Made by a program: the position numbers and the translations under genes
In this document: positions 17,995-27,589 of the stretch, in pieces
Layout: each line of letters opens with the position of its first letter
Numbering within the stretch: position 1 is the stretch's first letter
NCBI RefSeq assembly: GCF_001481685.1
Contig: NZ_CP006867.1
Coordinates: 660,001 to 692,000 of the forward strand
Reading direction: 5' to 3'
Length of the DNA stretch: 32,000 nt
Source of the DNA: Ignicoccus islandicus DSM 13165
Lineage (GTDB): Archaea > Thermoproteota > Thermoprotei_A > Sulfolobales > Ignicoccaceae
Notes under the pieces: generated by a model
What the model was told of the DNA's origin: nothing
The model's database searches: none
Seen by the model: only the letters and a program-made list of their open reading frames with translations

Positions 17995-18962
17995 GATTCC
18001 ACCACCGGACCTATTACGGTTTTTCCTACGAGCTTGTTGATGAATTCTACTTGTTCGTCTATTATTTCTTGAAGCCTCCTAATTTGATCCTCTGTCATGT
18101 GTCTGAATCTACCTTGAATCTTTACGAACTCTCTAACCGGTTTCCTCTTTAACACCGGTTGGGTGACCTTATATTGGCCGTGATCATATTCGTATAGGAT
18201 CCAATAGCCCGTTTGGACGGCCAGCCTCGCTACCTCTATAGTTAGCGAGGGATCGAACCTCCACCCGGTGGGGCAGGGGCTATAGGCGTGCAGGAAACTC
18301 GGTCCATCTTCATTGAGCGCTTTAACCATTTTATTATACATATCAACCGGATACGCAGGATTTATTGTTGCGGCGTACGGTACGTGATGAGCTACTGCTA
18401 TCTGAATCATGTCTTTTCTAACTCTCCATTCTCCCTTCCACCTCTTACCTACGGGCGTCGTAGTAGTCCAAGCACCGAATGGCGTTGAACCAGACCTCTG
18501 AATTCCAGTGTTCATGTACGCCTCGTTATCAAGGAGAACGTATACTACTTTGTGACCCCTTTCGAGCATACCCGAAAGGCTCTGGAAGCCTATGTCTACA
18601 GTACCTCCGTCTCCGGCGAATACGACTACATTGATCCTCTCGTCTTTCGGTAGGACTCCTTTCTTCTGAAGTACTTTTACTGCGGCTTCAACACCGGAAG
18701 CGACCGCTCCACCGTTCTCGAAAGCTACGTGAATCCATGGAACTCTCCAGCTAGTATATGGGAATACCGATGTTACGACCTCTAGACACCCCGTAGGGTT
18801 TACTACTATCGTATTAGGACCGGCCGCCTTCAGTAAGTGCCTAACTATTACGAAGTGACCACATCCTTGACAGGCTGAGTGACCAGGTGCTATTAGCTCT
18901 CCTCTAGGTATTTGCATGTGAGTTCTTATTGGTTCCATGGGTTTTACTTCCTTAAGAGCCAT
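17991..18962 (-). CDS. porB: Pyruvate:ferredoxin oxidoreductase, beta subunit
   Basis: GHSACQGCGHFVIVRHLL, GDGGTVDIGFQSLSG, NEAYMNTGIQRSG(S)TPFGAWTTT. Confidence 0.95.
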   Translation of the reverse strand: MALKEVKPMEPIRTHMQIPRGELIAPGHSACQGCGHFVIVRHLLKAAGPNTIVVNPTGCLEVVTSVFPYTSWRVPWIHVAFENGGAVASGVEAAVKVLQKKGVLPKDERINVVVFAGDGGTVDIGFQSLSGMLERGHKVVYVLLDNEAYMNTGIQRSGSTPFGAWTTTTPVGKRWKGEWRVRKDMIQIAVAHHVPYAATINPAYPVDMYNKMVKALNEDGPSFLHAYSPCPTGWRFDPSLTIEVARLAVQTGYWILYEYDHGQYKVTQPVLKRKPVREFVKIQGRFRHMTEDQIRRLQEIIDEQVEFINKLVGKTVIGPVVES

Positions 18963-19012
18963 ACATCACCACCTCCAACATCATAGACTTATTCAATAAG
19001 ATAATTGAAAAA

Positions 19013-20230
19013 TTACTCCCTTAGACCTATTGGAATGGTCTTGTCTGGTACTTGTTTGCCCTCGCTAAACTCCTTTAACTGCTTGGCGACTGCTACTAGG
19101 TCTTCTACTCTCACATCTCTCTGACCTATTCCGATAGTGTAACTAGCTAACTTGGGAGCACATGAAGGATCGCTTGCATACATACTCATAACGTCCAGAG
19201 ATACTGGTCCCTGTCTAGGTGCCCCCAAGGAGAAGGCTCTGTCCAGAACCCCAACCACGCTCACGTTCTCTAGCGCCTTCCTTAAGTGAGGAGTTGGGAA
19301 GGGCCTCCAGAGCCTTAGCCTTATCAATCCGACTTTGATGCCTTCCTTTCTGGCTTCATCTACAGCAACTCTTGCCGTTCCAGCGTGAGCACCGTAGGCG
19401 AGCATCGCTACTTCGGCGTCATCCATTCTGTACGTCTCAATTACACCGTACTTATGGCCGAACATCTCACCGAACTTCTCGTCGGCTTCTTCCGCAACCT
19501 TTAGAGCGTTCTCCATTGCTACTTGTTGCTGGTATTTGAACTCGTAATAGTAATCTGGATCTCCTACTACACCCATACTCACCGGGTTCTTCGGGTTTAG
19601 CGTTTTCCAAGTTATCTTCTTTGGAATGTACTTCAACACGTCTTCTTTATCGTATACATCTACCGGTTCAGTGACGTGGCTCATAACGAATCCATCGTAG
19701 TCGACGATGGCTGGCAAGTGAACTCTGGGATCCTCAGCTACTTTGAACGCTTGAATGACCGTATCATATGCTTCTTGAGCTGAGCTAACGAAGTATATGA
19801 TTAAGCCAGCATCCCTTAATACCGCTATATCGTGCATATCTCCCCAGATGCTCAGGGGAGCGCTTAAGGCCCTTGAAGCCACGCCTAGAACTATTGGTAG
19901 CCTGAGTCCTGAGGCTATGTATAAGACCTCGGCCATATAAACCAATCCTTGGCTGGCCGTAACCGTAAACGCTCGGGCACCTACAGCAGAGGCACCGACT
20001 AGCGCGGAAGCAGCGGAATGTTCTGACTCAACGTGTATGTACTCGGCATCCATTTCTCCGTTCGCGACGAATTCTGCTAGCTTCTCTGCAGCGGGCGTGG
20101 ATGGAGTTATTGGATACGCCGCTACTACGTCTACATCAGAGTCTTTGGCAGCATGTGCAACTGCGTAGTTCGTTGTTAGAGCTTTCCTAGTTTTCCTAAC
20201 CATATCTATCACCTCTCTTCGGGTACCCAT
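19013..20230 (-). CDS. porA: Pyruvate:ferredoxin oxidoreductase, alpha subunit
   Basis: YPITPSTPAAEKLAEFVANGEMDAEYIHVESEHSAASALVGASAVGARAFTVTASQGL. Confidence 0.96.
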   Translation of the reverse strand: MGTRREVIDMVRKTRKALTTNYAVAHAAKDSDVDVVAAYPITPSTPAAEKLAEFVANGEMDAEYIHVESEHSAASALVGASAVGARAFTVTASQGLVYMAEVLYIASGLRLPIVLGVASRALSAPLSIWGDMHDIAVLRDAGLIIYFVSSAQEAYDTVIQAFKVAEDPRVHLPAIVDYDGFVMSHVTEPVDVYDKEDVLKYIPKKITWKTLNPKNPVSMGVVGDPDYYYEFKYQQQVAMENALKVAEEADEKFGEMFGHKYGVIETYRMDDAEVAMLAYGAHAGTARVAVDEARKEGIKVGLIRLRLWRPFPTPHLRKALENVSVVGVLDRAFSLGAPRQGPVSLDVMSMYASDPSCAPKLASYTIGIGQRDVRVEDLVAVAKQLKEFSEGKQVPDKTIPIGLRE

Positions 20231-20514
20231 TCTATAGCATTAACTGGGCATTCCCTCCAACAAATACCACAACCTTTACAATGTTCATAATCTACATCGT
20301 ATCTTTTTCCTAGCTTAGCATTAGGGTCGTCAATTTCAAGTATTGCATCATCTGGACAGTATATCCAGCAAAGTCTACACCTAGTGCACTTTTCATCTAC
20401 TATAACTGGTTTGAAGACTCTCCACTCGCCAGTTGAAATTACCTCAGAGTTTCCTGGATCGGAGATTATTGCTCCTTCGGGTAATTCCTTCCAACCAGGT
20501 AACTTTGAGCTCAT
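20209..20514 (-). CDS. porD: Pyruvate:ferredoxin oxidoreductase, delta subunit (2x[4Fe-4S] ferredoxin)
   Basis: CTRCRLCWIYCPDDAI and CKGCGICWRECPVNAI. Confidence 0.95.
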   Translation of the reverse strand: MSSKLPGWKELPEGAIISDPGNSEVISTGEWRVFKPVIVDEKCTRCRLCWIYCPDDAILEIDDPNAKLGKRYDVDYEHCKGCGICWRECPVNAIEWVPEER

Positions 20515-21065
20515 GGGACTATCACCTCTTCATATGCTCTTTTAACAGCTTCTATGTTGGCCTCTACTGTTCTTGGGGGGACTTTAGACTTTACAGCTTC
20601 TAGTACTGAATCTAAAGAAACTAAACCAGTTACTTTTACGAAAGCGCCTAAGATGGCTGTATTGACTATCGGCCTCTTTAGAGTTTCTAGGGCTATCTTC
20701 GTTGCGTCTACAGTTGCGACTTTAGCATCTTCTCTATTTAGTATCTTTTTGACCTCTTCAGGAGATTTTTCCGTGTTAACTATTACCGTTCCCCCTTCCT
20801 TCAAGCCTTGCGCTAGTCGTGGTTCTAATAGAGTAGGATCTAATACGACCATAATATCTGGTGTATATATTTTAGATCTAACGTAGATAGGAGAATCGCT
20901 AATTCGAGTATATGCTTCTACCGGTGCTCCTCTCCTTTCGACGCCGAAGGAAGGAAACGCTTGAGCGTACTTCCCCTCGCTTATAGCGGCTATAGCTACG
21001 ATCTCCGAAGCCGTAACGGCTCCTTGACCACCTCGACCGTGCCATCTAACCTCGACTAGAGACAA
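20511..21065 (-). CDS. porC: Pyruvate:ferredoxin oxidoreductase, gamma subunit
   Basis: VEVRWHGRGGQGAVTASEIVA ... FPSFGVERRGAPVEAYTRISDSPI. Confidence 0.96.
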   Translation of the reverse strand: MSLVEVRWHGRGGQGAVTASEIVAIAAISEGKYAQAFPSFGVERRGAPVEAYTRISDSPIYVRSKIYTPDIMVVLDPTLLEPRLAQGLKEGGTVIVNTEKSPEEVKKILNREDAKVATVDATKIALETLKRPIVNTAILGAFVKVTGLVSLDSVLEAVKSKVPPRTVEANIEAVKRAYEEVIVP

Positions 21066-21097
21066 CGCACGGAACCCGTAGAACTGGGAATAAGGGG

Positions 21098-21115
21098 GTT
21101 TATACGTGTATAAAC
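21098..21115 (-). promoter_or_regulatory. Perfect 8-bp inverted repeat overlapping the probable TATA box of the por operon
   Basis: GTTTATAC-GT-GTATAAAC, 33-50 nt upstream of the porC start codon. Confidence 0.55.
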
Positions 21116-21130
21116 TTACTTAGGTTATAC

Positions 21131-24100
21131 TTACTTCAAGGAATACGTTAGCAATTGCAATATGTTTCTTATTAGGTCGTTCAAGTAAGGTATTGTTTGT
21201 AGAATTGTAGTTGTAAGGACCTTCGTTACTGTTGTTGTGTAATTAAGTATCCTCTCTATATTAGTCTTTATTGTTACTGTAAATGTCAGTTGTTTGGTTA
21301 TTGTGGTTGTTATCTCCTTTGAGACGGTAGTTGTAGTAATTGAAGTTGTAGTAACAATATTCTCTATAGTCTTAACTAACGTCACTTCTGATAGAGACGT
21401 AATAGTGCTTAGAGAAGTGACGAATGCTAAGAAGGCCTTTGTAAGCGTTGAGGTAACTGTTACGTGAATCCCAGTTAGCAATAACTGAGTTGTTGTAAGC
21501 ACTTGCGTAATTGGAATTAATAATGACGTTAACATAGTTGTTATAGAGTTTATTACAATTGGCTTTACTTTCGTTACTAGTTCAGTTGTTATCAAAGTTA
21601 TAGTAGACTTAATCATCAAGGGAATTGACGCTATTACTGTAGTATAGACTATTGATGGAGAAACTGTAATACCTAGGACCTTAGTAATTGTTGTTGTAAC
21701 TGGTATTTCGGCTAATTTAGATAGCATAGTGGTAATCGTGAGCGTTATTGCATTTGTTAACGTAACCGTTAAAGTACTATTTCTTATTAGTAATCTATAT
21801 ACTGTCGTAGTTTGTTCAAGGTTTCTTGGGATTATAATAGTCTTTGTAATCGTTAGGGTACGTCCGTATCCATCAATTAACATGGTAATCGTAGTTGTTT
21901 TCAAACTCATTAGTGGTAATATGAGCGTCCTAGTGGTGGTTATTGGCATCACTCTAGTTGTGACTACGTTTTTAACCCTCTCAATCTCTATTGGTATCGT
22001 TATCTTCTTAGTGAATCTCTTCTCTAGAGGTATTAGTATGGACTTCGTGGTAGTATATACCTCTTGAATGAAGTTAGTTACTGTGTTTGTTTTGGTTAGT
22101 GGTAATATCTTTGTATAAGGTAACGTCCTGGTATATTCGTAAGTTAACGGTACAAAGACTTTGACGGTCTCGGTAGTTACTACTGGGACAGGTTCGTAAA
22201 GCGTTGTCGTCGAAGTCACAGGCATGAAGGTAGTAAGGTGAAGCGTTACTACCTTTTGAATTGGGACAAGTTTACTGATAGTTGTGGTATATGTATTGAT
22301 TAGAGTTTGGGTTATCTCGTGTATGATAGTAAGCGTTTGAGTTACCGTCGTTACTAAGCTTGTACTCAAAGTGATACGTAGAGGTATCAGTAAACTCTTG
22401 GTTAGAATTTGCGTCAATGTTGAGGTTATAGTGCTTACCAGACTTACTAAAGATACTTGAGATACGAAATACGGAACAGTTAACGTCTTTTCCACGGGTT
22501 TTATAACAGTACTTAGCTCCTTCTGGGTAATTAGGATAGGCGTTACTATTGTTTTAGTCAAATAGTTCGTTAATACTTTTAATGATGTAATAGTTGTCGT
22601 GGTTATATATGTTTCGATACTCGTTAAGTACTTTACATAGGTAGCAGTCGTAGTAATCGTTTTAGTTACTTCCATAACGTTAGTAAGGGTTGTAGTCAAG
22701 GTCTTGAAAACGTTTACTATGACTTCTTGGAGGCGCGTATTAGTTAATGTCTCAGTAATCCTCAAAGTAGTTACAAATAGCTTAGGTACAATGCTTGTAG
22801 TAACTCTTTCAATCGTTGTAGTAATAACTGATATTATGGGATAGGGTTTTGGAACTTCCTTAGTTAAGGTCAAGGTGACTAGTTGAGTTACCGTTTTGAG
22901 TTGGGTGAACGTTCTCTCTACTATTCTAGTTAAGGTTGTGGTAGTGCTTTCGATGATAGTGGATGTGAAAGTTATTGCCGTAGTAATCCAGCTATTTGAA
23001 TAGATGGTAATAGTCTTTGTTGTAGTTGCCTTTAAGGTAGTTAGTATAGTAGTAGGTATATATTCTGTGAATGTTTTAACGATAGGTTCTACTAAGGTCT
23101 TAGTAGAAGTTGCTACGATAGAGTATACCTTGGTGTATGTGATTGGTATAGATGCGAAGACGGTTTTCGTTACTTCGAGGGTACTTGTTATTGTTGTAGT
23201 GATTTCACGAGTAAAGAAAGCAGAGCTTACGTAATAAATCACCTTCGTGTAAGTACTTGTCAGTTCGATTGGTTGTAAATGCGTTAGCGTTAAGGTGGTA
23301 GTTATTGTCTCGTATCTTGTAATTGTAGTAATTAAGCTTATCAGTTCGGAAATAGTCATTAGCGAGGTTGTTATAGGTTTGCTGAGAGTTTGAGTTATAA
23401 CTTGCGTAATTATTGTTGTAAGGGTCCTATACGATGTAACTGTAGTGGTTGTGGTTACGGAAGACAACAAGTACTTTAAGAGAGTTATTGTAGTAGATAT
23501 AACGTTTTCAATGACCTTAGTGAGAGTTTTCGTTACCTCTGACGTTACAGTGTATACTATGGTGGAGATAGATGGGACTGCCACCAGTCTAGTTGTAGTA
23601 TAGGTAGATGTGACTGTAACCTCGTAGCTTCCTTCACCTATGGCAAAGGTAACGTAGGATCTGCCTATTTTCATTACCTTAGTAGTTATCACATTACTAA
23701 TTTTGTTTACTACTGGAACCTCTACTTGGGTAGTAATAGTTGTAGTGAAGTTTCGGTACTCAATTTCGATAGTGGTTTCGACAGGTATTTCAGTAATCGG
23801 ACTTTCTAAAGGAGATAGTGGTGAGGCGGCTAAACCTACCGTATAGGGTATCTTTAGGATCGCTGGAATAAGAGTGGTAGTATATATAGTGCTTGTATAC
23901 TTGACTATCTTGAACGTCGTTACTGTATAAGTCCTTTCCAGTTCAACTGGCCTTAGTTCTGTTATTGTCTTGAAGTTTGTAACAGTCGTGAGAACGTAGT
24001 TAGGAGGAAGCGTATCAAGTTTAATTAGCTTCAAATTTGCTATTGCAAACATTACGTTATATGGTGGGGATGTAATTAACATGTTCAATCCTACGTAGCT

Positions 24101-24829
24101 TTCCGGAGCATATTCTAAGCTTAGTGAATCAACTAACCATCCGAAGCCTTCCGGAGTAAGAACAGACGACCTAGATATTATCGAAACCTTCCTGACGGCT
24201 TCATGGAAGTCCCTCCCAACAACAGAATAAGCGATGATAATCCTTTTTGCCCAATTTTTCAATTCTAGGTCATCGCGACCCATAACCCTTAAGTGGAAGT
24301 AAGCCTCAGCGACCCAATCGTTGTTAATACCAATTAGAGATCTGGCCTTCATTGCTACCTCTTCAACAATCCCATCAATTAGAACTGAGTATGTTTCATT
24401 AAAGCCCCTACATTTTAGGTTAGATAGCCCTTCTAATGCAATGAGTTTGGCTAAAGGATCTGATGTGTTTAGTATCTTATTAGTAACATCCGAAATGAAG
24501 TTTAGCAAACTCTCGTTACACTCGGAATTGAGGATGGAAAGTGAGGCGATACCGTATGCAGCATCGAGGTAATCTGAATGCTTGATGGCTTCTGTAGTCA
24601 ACTCTATTAATCGCTCTCTCAATTCAGGTATGTCGAGGTTATTCGTCGCATTCATCAAGAGTATTGTCTTAAGGGAAATGTACGTCTTCGGCAGGTCCGT
24701 GAAATCTAACGGTACCAGGTTCCCATTCACTAGGTTAATTGTGACGGCAGTGTAATTGAAGCTGTTAATCGGATTAGAGACTGCTATTGTTATGAGCACT
24801 AGTGAAACTATTAGCGTGCTAAGCCTCAT
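21131..24829 (-). CDS. Giant secreted Thr/Ile/Val-rich protein (1232 aa), probable cell-surface or filament protein
   Basis: N-terminal signal-like MRLSTLIVSLVLITIAVS, a helical domain of roughly 200-250 aa, then about 900 aa of low-complexity TTTIT/TVTxTLT-type sequence. An open frame of this length and an upstream CTATATAAT box support a real gene. Confidence 0.85.
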   Translation of the reverse strand: MRLSTLIVSLVLITIAVSNPINSFNYTAVTINLVNGNLVPLDFTDLPKTYISLKTILLMNATNNLDIPELRERLIELTTEAIKHSDYLDAAYGIASLSILNSECNESLLNFISDVTNKILNTSDPLAKLIALEGLSNLKCRGFNETYSVLIDGIVEEVAMKARSLIGINNDWVAEAYFHLRVMGRDDLELKNWAKRIIIAYSVVGRDFHEAVRKVSIISRSSVLTPEGFGWLVDSLSLEYAPESYVGLNMLITSPPYNVMFAIANLKLIKLDTLPPNYVLTTVTNFKTITELRPVELERTYTVTTFKIVKYTSTIYTTTLIPAILKIPYTVGLAASPLSPLESPITEIPVETTIEIEYRNFTTTITTQVEVPVVNKISNVITTKVMKIGRSYVTFAIGEGSYEVTVTSTYTTTRLVAVPSISTIVYTVTSEVTKTLTKVIENVISTTITLLKYLLSSVTTTTTVTSYRTLTTIITQVITQTLSKPITTSLMTISELISLITTITRYETITTTLTLTHLQPIELTSTYTKVIYYVSSAFFTREITTTITSTLEVTKTVFASIPITYTKVYSIVATSTKTLVEPIVKTFTEYIPTTILTTLKATTTKTITIYSNSWITTAITFTSTIIESTTTTLTRIVERTFTQLKTVTQLVTLTLTKEVPKPYPIISVITTTIERVTTSIVPKLFVTTLRITETLTNTRLQEVIVNVFKTLTTTLTNVMEVTKTITTTATYVKYLTSIETYITTTTITSLKVLTNYLTKTIVTPILITQKELSTVIKPVEKTLTVPYFVSQVSLVSLVSTITSTLTQILTKSLLIPLRITLSTSLVTTVTQTLTIIHEITQTLINTYTTTISKLVPIQKVVTLHLTTFMPVTSTTTLYEPVPVVTTETVKVFVPLTYEYTRTLPYTKILPLTKTNTVTNFIQEVYTTTKSILIPLEKRFTKKITIPIEIERVKNVVTTRVMPITTTRTLILPLMSLKTTTITMLIDGYGRTLTITKTIIIPRNLEQTTTVYRLLIRNSTLTVTLTNAITLTITTMLSKLAEIPVTTTITKVLGITVSPSIVYTTVIASIPLMIKSTITLITTELVTKVKPIVINSITTMLTSLLIPITQVLTTTQLLLTGIHVTVTSTLTKAFLAFVTSLSTITSLSEVTLVKTIENIVTTTSITTTTVSKEITTTITKQLTFTVTIKTNIERILNYTTTVTKVLTTTILQTIPYLNDLIRNILQLLTYSLK

Positions 24830-25109
24830 AATTCAATTTCCCGAAGTATTCCCGAGTACAGAATTATATAGGATTCACCCTTGTTTCGACCTCATCGATT
24901 AAACCGAGATTAAGACGAATCGTCTCGTCTAAGTCATTTGGAATTCAATCGCAAGGTGTATGACTCAATGTTCCCGCTTCGCGGATTTATTCTTAGCCTT
25001 TAGAATAATAAGGTATAACTTCAAGGGACACAATATGCTCAATATAAAGATGATTATAAATTGCGAGTATGACTTGAGAGAGTACATAGGTATAGTAATA
25101 GGAGTGGTG

Positions 25110-25185
25110 CGGCGGCCGGGATTTGAACCCGGGATCACCGGCTTGGAAGGCCGGCATCCTAGTCCAGGCTAGACGACCGCCGCAC
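25110..25185 (-). tRNA. tRNA-Gly(TCC)
   Basis: Minus strand GCGGCGG-TC-GTCTAGCCTGGACTAGGAT-GCCGG-CCTTCCAA-GCCGG-TGAT-CCCGGGTTCAAATCCCGG-CCGCCGC-A, with encoded CCA at 25107-25109. Confidence 0.95.
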
Positions 25186-25197
25186 GAGGGATGTTGG

Positions 25198-25273
<76 letters not shown>

Positions 25274-25358
25274 ATTGGGGTCACCCAACAGCCTTTATAA
25301 GTTTTTATCTTACTAACTCTTTACTAAACCTAGCTTAAGGTCTGAATTAGGGAGAAAC

Positions 25359-25883
25359 ATGAAGGCAGTGATATTGATTGGTCCGTTAGTGGACGAATAC
25401 GAAGTCGTTGTACCCTACGCGTTGTTCAAGGCCCATGGATTCGAAGTCGATGTAGCGTCTTTCGAAAGCGGAAAACCAGTCACAGGAAAGAGAGGATTCG
25501 AACTAGAGCTAGTTCCTAACAAGTCGTTCTCTGAGCTCGATCCAAGCGAATATGATACTGTGATTATTGCTGGGGGCTATGCTCCAGACAAAGTTAGAAG
25601 AGATGAGAACGTGAAAAAGTTTGTAAAGGAAATGTTCAATCAAGGGAAATTAATTTTGAGTATTTGTCATGGAGGATGGGTTCTAATCAGCGCGGGGATA
25701 GCCAAAGGTAAGAGGATAACTGGGAGTCAAGGTATATGGGACGACTTGAGGAACGCTGGAGCAATAGTTGAAGATGCCCCTCTAGTTATTGATGGAAACG
25801 TCGTTAGCGTAAAGACGTGGAGGGAATTTGATCATCTAATAAAGAACTTCGATAAAGTCTTAGAGATATTGAAAAATAACTAA
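25359..25883 (+). CDS. DJ-1/PfpI family protein (intracellular protease/deglycase-like)
   Basis: Nucleophile elbow LILSICHGGWVLISAGIAKGKRITG and YDTVIIAGGYAPDKVR. Confidence 0.93.
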   Translation: MKAVILIGPLVDEYEVVVPYALFKAHGFEVDVASFESGKPVTGKRGFELELVPNKSFSELDPSEYDTVIIAGGYAPDKVRRDENVKKFVKEMFNQGKLILSICHGGWVLISAGIAKGKRITGSQGIWDDLRNAGAIVEDAPLVIDGNVVSVKTWREFDHLIKNFDKVLEILKNN

Positions 25884-25984
25884 CAAATAACTAACTTTCA
25901 GTAGTAATAGTTGATAGAGATGAGGACGCTCGGAAGGGGCGATTGATGAGCACGAACCCGGAACTGATCCTCGGTGTCTGAGTC

Positions 25985-26257
25985 ATGTTCTCAAAAACAG
26001 AATTAGAGGCATTGATAGCTTCGACTGAGAAAGCGTTTAGAGAACTTCGAGAGAGAATAGGTAATTACAAATATGAAAAAGGAAAGATAGGTAAATCTGA
26101 AGTTAGACTAATATATAAAGTTTTGAACGCAGAGGGCGAATACTTAATTTTCATTAAATATAGAGAGGGTAAAGTGTGGGTAGAAGGGCCGAGACACATT
26201 GCAATTCCTTTGAAAAACAGAATTAACTCGCTTCTTGGGAGGCTTCTAGAACAATAA
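25985..26257 (+). CDS. Small hypothetical protein (90 aa)
   Basis: ORF with helix/beta-rich composition; no family recognised. Confidence 0.5.
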   Translation: MFSKTELEALIASTEKAFRELRERIGNYKYEKGKIGKSEVRLIYKVLNAEGEYLIFIKYREGKVWVEGPRHIAIPLKNRINSLLGRLLEQ

Positions 26258-26579
26258 TCATAGAAGCTATGAAAGCTATATCGAAAGCGACATTTATTAG
26301 GAACTTATATAGGAAATCTATTGCTAGCAGAACTATGCCTAGTGTTAAGTACGCTTTAACCGGTCCAGCCTCCTTTATCAAGTAAGAGCCTAGGGCTCCC
26401 ATGAGTGTATAATACACCGTCTTGGAAAACAATGAAGCAACGAATCCCCTAAAACCCAATTCACCGCCGTAAGCAATAAGGAAGAAGGTCCCAACCGAAA
26501 GAGCCAATGGTAACGATACTAAAAATGAAATAATGAACCTCTCAAAGCCGCTAACGGGTATAGCTCTTGGATGAGCCAA
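26223..26579 (-). CDS. Hypothetical multi-pass membrane protein (118 aa)
   Basis: At least three hydrophobic segments; apparent TTG start. Confidence 0.6.
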   Translation of the reverse strand: MAHPRAIPVSGFERFIISFLVSLPLALSVGTFFLIAYGGELGFRGFVASLFSKTVYYTLMGALGSYLIKEAGPVKAYLTLGIVLLAIDFLYKFLINVAFDIAFIASMIIVLEASQEAS

Positions 26580-27589
26580 TGCTTTTAGCCTCTATGATAG
26601 CGGCGATAACGGGGTTTATCACTACCTACTACGTAACTATGAAATGGATTAGGCTAGCTAAAAGGGTCGGGTTAGTTGGTAAAGACATGAACAAACCTAA
26701 TGAAGTAATGGTACCGGAGGCCGGTGGTGTTGGGTTCGTTATGGGTTCAGCTCTCGCTATCTCTTTAATGATAGGAATAGAGGTTTTCGTCTTAGGGGTC
26801 AGGAATTACACAGTCTACTTGTTGGCCTCTCTCTCAGTACTACTGATGGCAGCTTTCGTGGGCTTCATTGATGACATACTTGGCTGGAAGAAAGGCCTTT
26901 CGCATAAGGCTAAGGTACTATCGACTATCCCTATAGCTATACCTCTAATGGCCGTCAAGGCTGGCACGTCCGTAATGAACATACCTTTCATAGGTCCTAT
27001 AGACTTCGGCATATTTTATTCACTCGTGATAGTTCCAATAGGAGTCGTTGGCGCTTCCAATGCTTTCAACATATTGGCAGGTCTTAATGGCTTAGAAGCA
27101 TCCATGGCTATAATAATATTCTCTACACTAGCTATAGTTGCTTTTCATCATGGGGCCATGCTAGCGTGCGCTCTCTCAATAATACTAACCGCTTCTGCAA
27201 TAGCCTTTCTCCTATGGAATAAGTATCCCGCTAAGGTGTTTCCTGGAGACGTTTTCACTTATTCCGTTGGTGCGATGGTAGCTACAATAGCTATACTAGG
27301 GAATCTTGAAGGCGCAGCCTTAATTCTGTACGCACCCTACTTCTTAGAGTTCGCTTTATACGTTCGAGGCAAGTTAAATGGAATAGAGAAAGAATGCTGG
27401 GGCAAGCCCGTTAACGGATGTTTAGAACCGCTTTACGATAAAATATACAGTGTTACTCATCTGTTAATGGTAGTCTTAAAGAAGATAAAAGGTTGTGCAA
27501 CCGAAAAGGACGTCGTCATACTATTAGATGTTATAGAAATAGCGATAGCCCTCGTAGTCATATACATATATGTAATCGCTTGGCATTAG
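26579..27589 (+). CDS. GPT/MraY-like glycosyl-1-phosphate transferase (glycosyltransferase family 4)
   Basis: FVGFIDDILGWKKGLSHKAKVL (DD motif), FNILAGLNGLE, KVFPGDVFTYSVGA. ATG at 26579 preferred over the TTG at 26567. Confidence 0.88.
   Translation: MLLASMIAAITGFITTYYVTMKWIRLAKRVGLVGKDMNKPNEVMVPEAGGVGFVMGSALAISLMIGIEVFVLGVRNYTVYLLASLSVLLMAAFVGFIDDILGWKKGLSHKAKVLSTIPIAIPLMAVKAGTSVMNIPFIGPIDFGIFYSLVIVPIGVVGASNAFNILAGLNGLEASMAIIIFSTLAIVAFHHGAMLACALSIILTASAIAFLLWNKYPAKVFPGDVFTYSVGAMVATIAILGNLEGAALILYAPYFLEFALYVRGKLNGIEKECWGKPVNGCLEPLYDKIYSVTHLLMVVLKKIKGCATEKDVVILLDVIEIAIALVVIYIYVIAWH

Noticed and set aside
21729-23234. Plus-strand ORFs 21729-22067 and 23004-23234 inside the giant gene
   Set aside because: Antisense by-products of Thr/Ile/Val codon bias (ACT/ATT complement gives Val/Ser/Asn-rich frames); no domain signal.
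24960-25172. ORF 24960-25172 (+)
   Set aside because: Its C-terminal part (RRPGFEPGI) is the translated complement of tRNA-Gly.
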